37,676 bases of DNA from an uncultured Gemmatimonadota bacterium. GTDB taxonomy: Bacteria; SM23-81; DAOVCL01. Below, in pieces: positions 17,207 through 24,706 of the stretch (positions within the stretch are counted from its first letter, which is position 1; each line of letters opens with the position of its first letter). The translations under genes were made by a program, and so were the position numbers. Under the pieces are notes generated by a model, which had not been told where the DNA came from, did no database searches, and was given only the letters and a program-made list of their open reading frames with translations. The stretch spans positions 1 to 37,676 of the forward strand of contig CAZVGK010000031.1 of assembly GCA_964626665.1 (NCBI GenBank). The letters run 5' to 3'.

Positions 17207-18655
17207 TCACTTAATCACCACCATCCTCCTCGTCTCCACAAAACTCCCCGCTTGCAACCTGTAGAAATATATCCCTGAACCTACATCCTTCGCATTCCAG
17301 GTTACAGCTTTATATCCAGGAGCTTGGTTTTCATCTACTAAAGTGGCAATCTTCTCTCCCAGGATATTGTAAACCTCCAGCCTCACCTGACAATCCCTTG
17401 GCAAAGCATACTTGATCTCCGTAGTCGGATTAAAGGAATTAGGGTAGTTCTGGAATAAAAGAAAATCCTTTGGAAGATAATCATAAGTTTGCCCTTCAAT
17501 CCCAATGACTTCACCAAGGGAATTTGTTTTGATCAAATAGATACCGCCGCTACCAGTCTCCCCTGCAATGATAAACCCTTCATCAGAAGTTTGGGCAATA
17601 GACTCGCCCTGACCTCCATCCCAAAGGCCATAAGTTCTTGTCCAGAGGGTATCACCTAAAGAATCGGTCTTGATAAGGTAGATATCCCTATAATGAGAAC
17701 TGTAGGACTCTGTCCAACCCACAATGCCATATCCTCCATCCGAACACTTAGCAACAGAGCGGCCCTCGTCATCGTCACTACCCCCATAAGTCTTTGTCCA
17801 AATAGTATCGCCTAAAGAATCTGTTTTAATAAAGTAAAAATCTGCGTATCCTGCACCATAGGAAAAAGTATATCCACCAATGATAAATCCCCCATTAGAG
17901 GTCTGCGCAACTTCCATGCCAACATCATCATAGTTCCCCCCGTAGGTTTTTGTCCACAAGGTAAAACCCAGGGAATCGGTTTTGATGAGATAGACATTAC
18001 TCATGCCTGCACCGAAAGAGTATGTCTGTCCTGCAATAATGTATCCTCCATTAGTGGTTTGGGCAACTGAGCGACCTATATCTGTCTTCGTATCTCCATA
18101 ATTCCTCGTCCAAAGGGTATCACCTAAGGAGTTAGTCTTAACGAGGTAAACATTATCGAAAGAACCGGGTGTGGGCTGTATAGATCCCGTGAGTATATAT
18201 CCTCCATCAGAGGTTTTGGCAACCGACAAACCTGCACTCACACGGTTACCGCCATATGTCTTTATCCAGAATAAATTACCCAAGCTATCAATTTTGATTA
18301 AAAAGGGATTATAAGCTGCAGCACCCCAGGACTCTGACCAGCCAGTGACGACATAACCCCCATCGGGAGCTTGAACAACTGAACGACCATAATCATTTTC
18401 TCCACCACCATAGCTTCTTGTCCACAGAGTGTCCCCCAGCGAATCTGTCTTGACTAAATATACATCACAAACAGCCTTATCAGGAGACCTTGTTTCTCCT
18501 GCAATTGCGTATCCTTGATCAGAAGTTTGGATAACTGAAAAGCCTTGATTGCCACCATATCTGTGCTCAAAGGTGATTTGTGTCAAAGCCACTCCTCCAC
18601 CGAATAATGCTACAGCTACTATGCTTGCCACCAAACCTAATCTCATCTTTCTCAT
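17207..18655 (-). CDS. Secreted beta-propeller repeat protein with T9SS/FlgD-like C-terminal domain
   Basis: Signal peptide; about 7 repeats of YL.KTDSLGDTLWT..YGG...G.SV.Q..DGGY; QNYPNSFNPTT...GIYFYRL. Confidence 0.92.
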   Translation of the reverse strand: MRKMRLGLVASIVAVALFGGGVALTQITFEHRYGGNQGFSVIQTSDQGYAIAGETRSPDKAVCDVYLVKTDSLGDTLWTRSYGGGENDYGRSVVQAPDGGYVVTGWSESWGAAAYNPFLIKIDSLGNLFWIKTYGGNRVSAGLSVAKTSDGGYILTGSIQPTPGSFDNVYLVKTNSLGDTLWTRNYGDTKTDIGRSVAQTTNGGYIIAGQTYSFGAGMSNVYLIKTDSLGFTLWTKTYGGNYDDVGMEVAQTSNGGFIIGGYTFSYGAGYADFYFIKTDSLGDTIWTKTYGGSDDDEGRSVAKCSDGGYGIVGWTESYSSHYRDIYLIKTDSLGDTLWTRTYGLWDGGQGESIAQTSDEGFIIAGETGSGGIYLIKTNSLGEVIGIEGQTYDYLPKDFLLFQNYPNSFNPTTEIKYALPRDCQVRLEVYNILGEKIATLVDENQAPGYKAVTWNAKDVGSGIYFYRLQAGSFVETRRMVVIK

Positions 18656-18856
18656 CTTCTCCCCCCTTTTTTATGGTGACGATTATCCAGTCTTTTACCC
18701 TCACTTAAGCAAGATCATTCTTTGACTTTGTTTTTGTCCATAGTTTTGTCACACTTAACTTACTTTATCAACAACTACTTAGGACATCGACATTGGTATT
18801 TTTGTCCAAAGATTTGTCAGGAATTTGGCCTTTCAACCAAATTAGCAGATAAAGCA

Positions 18857-18940
18857 AATGGCGTCCAAACCTCCCGTTGCCCGGGTGGGGTAACAACAGA
18901 AGATTCGAACGCCATTCAAAAGCTTACTATTCCCCACCCG
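18857..18940 (-). ncRNA. Candidate structured RNA: 25-bp helix plus 9-bp loop pairing
   Basis: Helix 18857-18881/18892-18916 is uninterrupted only on the minus strand (7 G-U pairs). Loop 18882-18890 is the exact reverse complement of 18932-18940. TATAAT at 18959-18954. Confidence 0.6.
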
Positions 18941-18985
18941 TGATTTTTAAGCAATTATATAACTAACGTGGTGGTTTTACTGAAT

Positions 18986-20008
18986 TCAATCAAAATTGGG
19001 GATACTTAGCGAATCGGCATACTCATAACTTATGATCTTCCCGTATCCCGTTTGTTTGCATGCTTCTTCTTGGTGTGAATAATGATAAATTGTTGAGCCA
19101 GAATAATTCTTAAAATACTTACAAACGAATTTTATGCATCTCAATTCATAAGCAGTGAAAACGTTCATATCTGGCTCTATTCCAAGCCGTAATTCTTCTC
19201 CCAAATTGTTTGCATTCGGAATTTCAACAAAGTCCCGGATGATCAGCTCGTCATCAATCATCTTCTCCAGATATTTCTCCCAATTATCTGGCACCGGCCC
19301 TAGGTCAATGCGAACATATGGTGCACCCGTTATCGACCTTTTGTATTCTCGGAAATGAAGAAAATCCGAATAGAATAGCAACTTCAACAATTTCGTTTTA
19401 TAAACACGATAATTCTCTTTGATCACTAATAGCACTGTATTTTGAAACTTGTCGAAGTCAAAAGGGCGATTCCCAGTATTTAAGCTCATCTTGTAATTGC
19501 AGAACTTCTTCTCCCACAACTGTTGGTACTCTTGATCATCTTCAGTTCTGATGAGCTCTTTTAGTTTTTCTTCAAACTTCTCAACTTCAGATCCTGATAG
19601 ATTACCTCTATTTTCTTTGAAAAGCAGATACATGTTTTTCGGAGACTGGATGAACTTCAAGACACTGTTATGAGCTTCATCTTGCAATGCACCGGCTTCG
19701 TAGTTATGAATGGTAATTTCTCCCCATCCCAATAATCGACTTAACGCTCTTTGGCTCAGTCCATACTTTCGCCTAATGGAAGCAACATCATCGGGGAATA
19801 GATAATTATGCCTGGCTCGATAAGAATCATAAAGGGCCTTGAGGTTCTTTTCCTCCAGTTCAGTAGTCGCAAATTCCTCATTACAGACTTCGCATTTCAA
19901 TACTTCAGCTTGAATGGTAATTTCTTCTTTGCGAAGACTGTACTTCTCCGCTCTCTTTATTAAGGCTACCTCCCTAATGGCCTCACAATTGGGACAAAAT
20001 CTTTTCAA
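18986..20008 (-). CDS. Antitoxin: MqsA-type zinc finger + HTH + SocA/Panacea (DUF4065) domain
   Basis: CPNC...CEVC; IRRKYGLSQRALSRLLGWG; KTKLLKLLFYSDF.HF...SITG..Y...LGPVP...YSH. TTG start at 20008 after RBS AGGAGG. Confidence 0.9.
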   Translation of the reverse strand: MKRFCPNCEAIREVALIKRAEKYSLRKEEITIQAEVLKCEVCNEEFATTELEEKNLKALYDSYRARHNYLFPDDVASIRRKYGLSQRALSRLLGWGEITIHNYEAGALQDEAHNSVLKFIQSPKNMYLLFKENRGNLSGSEVEKFEEKLKELIRTEDDQEYQQLWEKKFCNYKMSLNTGNRPFDFDKFQNTVLLVIKENYRVYKTKLLKLLFYSDFLHFREYKRSITGAPYVRIDLGPVPDNWEKYLEKMIDDELIIRDFVEIPNANNLGEELRLGIEPDMNVFTAYELRCIKFVCKYFKNYSGSTIYHYSHQEEACKQTGYGKIISYEYADSLSIPNFD

Positions 20009-20016
20009 AAACCCTC

Positions 20017-20367
20017 CTACTGTTTGAATGGATACTTGATGTGATGTTTGGCTGGATGAAAGGAAAGGCACTTGGCATACTTTTGCTCTCCCAATTCAAC
20101 AATCTTGAGTTTGATGTAAATCTCTCGATAGTCCACCTCCATTCCAAAAATCCAGACATCGCCAGATTCTTCTTGATCATCTGGCAGAGGCCCGTCCGAA
20201 TAGTCACGATAATCAAGATTGAGAATGATTTGTTCTCTGATGGAAGGAGTTAATCCCAAATCTATTAGGGCTTCAATGTTAGGTCGACGTGGAACTACAT
20301 CCAGTCCGTGGGTGGCAATAGCTATCTTTAAATTGGCTAAGAACTTCTCAATTTCTGTTTTCGACAT
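20017..20367 (-). CDS. MqsR-like toxin (RelE-fold RNase)
   Basis: N..ALI.LG...DY..GP..D...VWIFG...EIYIKLK...CLSFH signature; directly upstream of the antitoxin. Confidence 0.88.
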   Translation of the reverse strand: MSKTEIEKFLANLKIAIATHGLDVVPRRPNIEALIDLGLTPSIREQIILNLDYRDYSDGPLPDDQEESGDVWIFGMEVDYREIYIKLKIVELGEQKYAKCLSFHPAKHHIKYPFKQ

Positions 20368-20409
20368 TTAGACATTGTCTAATATACATTATCATATGAT
20401 AAAAGTCAA
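20368..20409 (-). promoter_or_regulatory. TA promoter with two palindromic operator candidates
   Basis: TTGACT-N17-TATATT; palindromes TTATCATATGATAA (20389-20402) and TTAGACA-T-TGTCTAA (20368-20382). Confidence 0.75.
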
Positions 20410-20646
20410 GGATTTTTTTGTTATTTTATAATAACGCATATAACCATAAAATAATCCCCAAATTCCAAGCAGTTAGGTTATTTTGGCTAACGGAATCAAT
20501 GGGAATCGAACTTACACCAGGGTTAACACAGCCCTTTTTTGTCAAACCTCCAACTTCAATTTCCTTGGCCAGGGGGCCTCGGAGGTCAACCTACCCGGAG
20601 CCTCCGAAGCCCCTTGGTCTAAGCTGGTGAAACTGTCAATCTAATC

Positions 20647-20666
20647 TGGTGTCCATAAAGTGTCCA
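20647..20666 (+). repeat. Integrase arm-type site pair, right copy
   Basis: Identical to 5452-5471. An IHF-consensus AATCAACAAGTTA (20766-20778) lies between it and the core. Confidence 0.75.
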
Positions 20667-20798
20667 TAGAGGAACGAAATCCATCTAAAACTATCTAAGC
20701 AAATGTAAGAAAACTAACCCCTGTTGTCAAGGCCAAATTCAAGCTGGTCAACGAATTGCCCTGAAAATCAACAAGTTAGCCAAAACCTCCTGATGGCC

Positions 20799-20851
20799 TT
20801 GAGGGGGCAGTGCCCGATTGGGTGTGGGGGTTCAAATCCCCCCTTCGGCAT
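20799..20851 (+). repeat. attR core (displaced tRNA-Leu 3' fragment)
   Basis: 53-bp identity to 5339-5391. Confidence 0.97.
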
Positions 20852-20860
20852 ATAAACCGT

Positions 20861-20898
20861 TGTGCCGTCAGGACCAAAGTCCTGACGGCATATTTTTT
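20861..20898 (+). terminator. Intrinsic terminator (probably the original tRNA terminator)
   Basis: TGCCGTCAGGAC-CAAA-GTCCTGACGGCA followed by a T-run, directly after attR. Confidence 0.8.
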
Positions 20899-20965
20899 CT
20901 TCCAAGCTGTTTGCCTGCAAACCCCGCTCTCACCTATCTCCTGTGCCCCAGAGGATCTACATCGG

Positions 20966-22142
20966 CTATTTTAGCAAAATCATCTTTTTGCTCTCCACAA
21001 AGCTCCCCGCTTGCAGCCTGTAAAAGTAAATACCTGACGCCACCCCACTTGCATCCCACCTGACCGCCTTATATCCCGCCTCCTGTGTGCCCTCCACCAG
21101 AGTAGCCACCCTTTGCCCAAGAATGCTATAAACCTCCAACCTCACCTGGCAATCCTTTGGCAAGGCATATCTAATCTCCGTCACTGGGTTGAATGGATTA
21201 GGGTAGTTTTGGGATAGGGAAAAGCTCTCAGGCAGATCCACATCCCTGTTGCCATAAACGCCTACTTCCCAACCTGCTTCATTTGAACGAATGCTCTCAT
21301 TTCCGGCGAAGTCAAAGGCAGAAACCTGATAATAATAGGTACTGCCCCAGAGAACATCTGAATCGCTGTAGAATGTATCTATGGTTGTCCCTAGAAGGCT
21401 TGAGGTAGTATCTGGATCAGTCCTTCTATAAACGGCATAATAGCGGAAATCCTCATCGGGGATAGCATTCCAATCCAGATTTACGGACGTATCCCCTGAA
21501 GCGGCGGTTAGTCCTTTGGGTGTTGAGGGAGCAAGGTTATCCACCGAATAACCGCTGTCAATTTCGGAGGCAAAATAGAATCAATGGCTCAGGGGTCATA
21601 GCGGAGACGAAGAACACGCTCCAGCAAGTATCGTCAGAGGTCAAATCACATAGGGTAGGTGCAACGCAATTGTAAACCTCCTGCCCACAAGCAGGAACAG
21701 TCAGGATATAGTGCCAATCACCAGGAGGGAATGATTTCAGAGAAGGAACATCCTCCTCCTTAGTTTCCCTCCCACTCAGGGAAACCGACAGGCTGTCAAT
21801 TCTTCTCCATAGACAGTATTCGGTAATGGTAACAGTATCCTCAGGGGCATCATATTCGGAGGCATACCAGGAGACGGTGACTTGGCGTCCCTGGTCATTG
21901 GGAATATCCGTAATTGACTTGATATATGGTGGTCCATTTATTGGAGCAGTAAGGAACGGGGTATAAAGAACTTCCCCCTGGGTTGAATCATCGTAATAAT
22001 CATAAATCCTGGCATCAATCGAATCTGTATTCGTTGTTCCCCACCAATTGTTGGTGGCGTTGACGTCACCATTCATATGGACAAGGCAAATTTCGTATTC
22101 ACCTTTGTTCACAAGGTTGTTATAGGTTATTGTTGCGTGTGA
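20966..22142 (-). pseudogene. Frameshifted, 5'-truncated FN3 + C-terminal sorting-domain protein
   Basis: ORFs 21558-22112 and 20966-21544 join if one base near 21579 is removed (TPEPLI/YFASEIDSGYSVDNLAP). No signal peptide or RBS upstream. Confidence 0.75.
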
Positions 22143-22207
22143 AACAATAAGTTATTTATCCTGTCAATCCTGTCTAAAAAAGGGAATCATTAACTTGTCA
22201 AGTCAAC

Positions 22208-23050
22208 TTAATCGTTTTTTCTCCGAAAGGCAAGCAGATAATAGATGTCATATTCACCAAGGGCAAAGGGAAGAAAGCCTAAAAGCCCGATTAGAGGTAT
22301 CTCAAATAGCTTTATCCCCTGACCAAAGGGAACATCATAAACCCATTTTGAATGGGCCCAAAAGTTCCAGAACTCCCAGAAGAGACCACAAGTTAACCCA
22401 GCAGCAAAAAGCTGAAAGAATAACCCCAAACTTCCTTCCTCTGCCCTACCAATCATCGATGGCCTACCCAAACTCCGGTTTATAGGATCGAAAAACAATG
22501 GGAATCCCACCCAGATTGCTGTCACCAAGTATTTGGCGTATTGATAGCCGAGTACCAAAGGAAAAAGAAGGAGGAGGAAGCCAAGGCTTCCGAAAAGGAG
22601 GAGGTGCCCTTTCTGGACAGTGAACCTTCTTATGGGGATCTCAAACAACCTCAGGGAAGAATAAAGCTCAGTGGTCTCTAGGATGGCGGGAAGAATTGTG
22701 GCAAATGACCAGCAAAAGCCCAGCCATCTTACCCAGGAATTTGCCGGAAGATTTATGTAATGCCAATTCTTCAAATGTAAGTTGTAGGCCTCGAAGCATA
22801 ACCAGACAAGGAGAGAAAGGGGAAACATAAACAAAAACTCTCCCCTTCTGTTCCTGATGAGTGATTCCCCTCTCATCTTGAAGACCAGGCTGTCCACGGC
22901 TAAGATGTAGCCTGTCCAAACAATAGGGGTGAAAAAGGTGGGTATAGGTTCAACTTTCAAGAAGAGGAGTAACTCTGCTATTAGGATTATCCCCAACCCT
23001 ATCATCCCCTCAAGTCCTGATTTCCCCTTGTAGGTAGATGGCCCTTTCAT
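22208..23050 (-). CDS. Uncharacterized polytopic membrane protein
   Basis: About 8 hydrophobic segments; internal duplication W..FE..N...W.Y / FWEFWN...KWVY. Confidence 0.85.
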   Translation of the reverse strand: MKGPSTYKGKSGLEGMIGLGIILIAELLLFLKVEPIPTFFTPIVWTGYILAVDSLVFKMRGESLIRNRRGEFLFMFPLSLLVWLCFEAYNLHLKNWHYINLPANSWVRWLGFCWSFATILPAILETTELYSSLRLFEIPIRRFTVQKGHLLLFGSLGFLLLLFPLVLGYQYAKYLVTAIWVGFPLFFDPINRSLGRPSMIGRAEEGSLGLFFQLFAAGLTCGLFWEFWNFWAHSKWVYDVPFGQGIKLFEIPLIGLLGFLPFALGEYDIYYLLAFRRKND

Positions 23051-23272
23051 TTCTCACTTACGAATTTAGCTCCTTCATGGAAATGAGGAAAAGGCTCAGG
23101 CCAATAAGATATTGCCTACCGGACTCCTTGTCAAGTTCTCGTTTAGGTGGAGGAACCTTGGGGAAGGATTCCAGACTCCATTTGAAATAATCAGGTCCTC
23201 TGATCTGAGATAGGAATGGGTGGCAGAACAGGAGATTCTGCCACCTCAGTGGGAGACCCCGTGGAGAAGTAT

Positions 23273-23337
23273 TGTAGGAACAGGTCTTTATATCTATCCC
23301 AGAGGAGAACGGACAGACATAAATGTCTGTCCCTACA
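23273..23337. repeat. GTAG-type REP doublet
   Basis: TGTAGG...CCCTACA ends with internal palindromes; related copies at 24432-24488 and 37530-37589. Confidence 0.6.
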
Positions 23338-23482
23338 AAACAAATTGGGCTAAAGCCCAGGAGAATTTGCCCTGGCTAAAGCCGGGTAGAAGTGTGATCC
23401 CCTAGAGGGGGGTAAAGGAAAAAAGAACCGCCCTCCGGCATATCAAAGGGCGGCCCCATTTTTTTCATTCCAGTGAAGCTAT

Positions 23483-24301
23483 TTACCATGTGCCGTTTTC
23501 ACCCTCTGGATAGGGTTCCCACCATTGGCCGTGAACACCGTCTTCCGTCCAGGTTACCTTGAGTTCAGCACTCTCAATGGTGGGGTAATCTCCCTCATAG
23601 TTGAGATAGAACTCTCCGCTTCCATCCTGAGGACAAGCCACAAGCACCTTCCACTCCCCATCCACGGAATTCATCCAGCAGGTGAGCAGACCATTGGAGT
23701 CAGTAGACCAGTGAGCCTCCCAGGAGAGGGATTCTGATGTCATATCTCCTTCATAAACCCACCAATGGCCTGATTTGCTATCCGCAGACACCTCCCATTT
23801 CCAGCTCAACTCAACGGTGGTGGTATTGACTTCATATATTTTCACCCACCCCTCAGTGCCGTCGTTGTTACAATGACCCTCGGCGGCCTTCCAGTCGTCA
23901 ACCGTCTCCTCTCCCAGAATGCCGGTTACTTTCCATTCCCAGTCGTATCCATCGGAGGTCTTGGTCACTGTAACCGTAAAGGTAGCCTGACCATCGGTAT
24001 AGGTCCACCTCCAATGCCCATCAGAGTAAGTCCCTGCCCCTGCCATACCGGAATATGCCTGGGCCATAGCAGAAAAACTGGTTATAATCCCGTTCATAGT
24101 AGAGATCCAGTTTTTCGCTTCCTGCGCTTGAATTGTATCTGTGGGAGCCTGAGTTGGGCTGCAGAGATTTAGAGAAATCGTCTTCATTTGAGGTGGCGGA
24201 TTAGGTTCCGGCTCTGTGCTCTTCTTCTTGCTGCAACTAAGAGAGAAAGCAAGCAGGGTCATCACGCTAATGGGAATGAGCCATCTCTTCATCTTTCTCA
24301 C
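23483..24301 (-). CDS. Lipoprotein, Trp-rich and beta-strand-rich
   Basis: Signal peptide with lipobox SLSC; RBS AAGGAGG. Confidence 0.88.
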   Translation of the reverse strand: MRKMKRWLIPISVMTLLAFSLSCSKKKSTEPEPNPPPQMKTISLNLCSPTQAPTDTIQAQEAKNWISTMNGIITSFSAMAQAYSGMAGAGTYSDGHWRWTYTDGQATFTVTVTKTSDGYDWEWKVTGILGEETVDDWKAAEGHCNNDGTEGWVKIYEVNTTTVELSWKWEVSADSKSGHWWVYEGDMTSESLSWEAHWSTDSNGLLTCWMNSVDGEWKVLVACPQDGSGEFYLNYEGDYPTIESAELKVTWTEDGVHGQWWEPYPEGENGTW

Positions 24302-24431
24302 CTCCTTTCATCAGTTTTTAAGTTGGGTCAATTTAAACCAATTAAAATTATTGTCAAGTGAAAACTTTGTGATGACTCGGTTTTTCCTTTGTCTCGAATC
24401 CACTCTAACAGAGAAGGACGAAGTCAAATCT

Positions 24432-24488
24432 TGTAGGGGTCGGATTCATCCGACCCGATTTGCGGGTTCGATAAATCGAACCCCTACA
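24432..24488. repeat. GTAG-type REP doublet
   Basis: TGTAGGGGTCGGATTCATCCGACCC...GGGTTCGATAAATCGAACCCCTACA. Confidence 0.7.
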
Positions 24489-24579
24489 ATTAGCCCCCAT
24501 TTTCCCAAACCGAGAAGACATCCAAATAAATCGGGATGTCACGGTCAGATCAGGGGATCTTTCCGCTCAGTTAAGAATC

Positions 24580-24651
24580 CTTTTGTGCCATTAGGGCTTT
24601 GCCCTGACGGATAAGTAAGCCTTTTGTGGATGATAACATCCACAATGAGCA
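24580..24651 (+). repeat. 72-bp direct repeat, copy A
   Basis: 61/72 ungapped identity to 33285-33356 by manual alignment. Confidence 0.85.
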
Positions 24652-24706
24652 TGAGCACCTGACGGCTCGGCGGAAATCCCTCCCGCCAGTAGAGGCAGAA
24701 TCTTGA

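Larger units (their letters stand above)
5339..20851 (-). mobile_element. tRNA-Leu-integrated element (repeat-to-repeat 15,460 bp), phage-satellite-like
   Basis: 53-bp terminal direct repeats; integrase, excisionase-like HTH, primase-helicase, TerS-like gene and TA module; no recognisable capsid, portal or TerL. Confidence 0.93.

Noticed and set aside
17510-18560. ~150-bp periodic DNA repeats as a possible CRISPR array or DGR
   Set aside because: They are degenerate in-frame beta-propeller repeats; no cas or reverse transcriptase genes are in the window.
20009-20071. N-terminal extension of the antitoxin in the ORF track
   Set aside because: Overlaps the toxin gene; AGGAGG supports the TTG start at 20008.
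20495-20530. GTTCGATTCCC on the minus strand resembling a tRNA T-loop
   Set aside because: No T-stem or acceptor pairing around it.
20799-20850. Second tRNA-Leu gene
   Set aside because: Lacks the 5' acceptor strand and D-arm; it is the attR duplicate.
5339-20851. Complete prophage or conjugative element
   Set aside because: No recognisable capsid, portal, large terminase, lysis, relaxase or T4SS genes between intact att sites.
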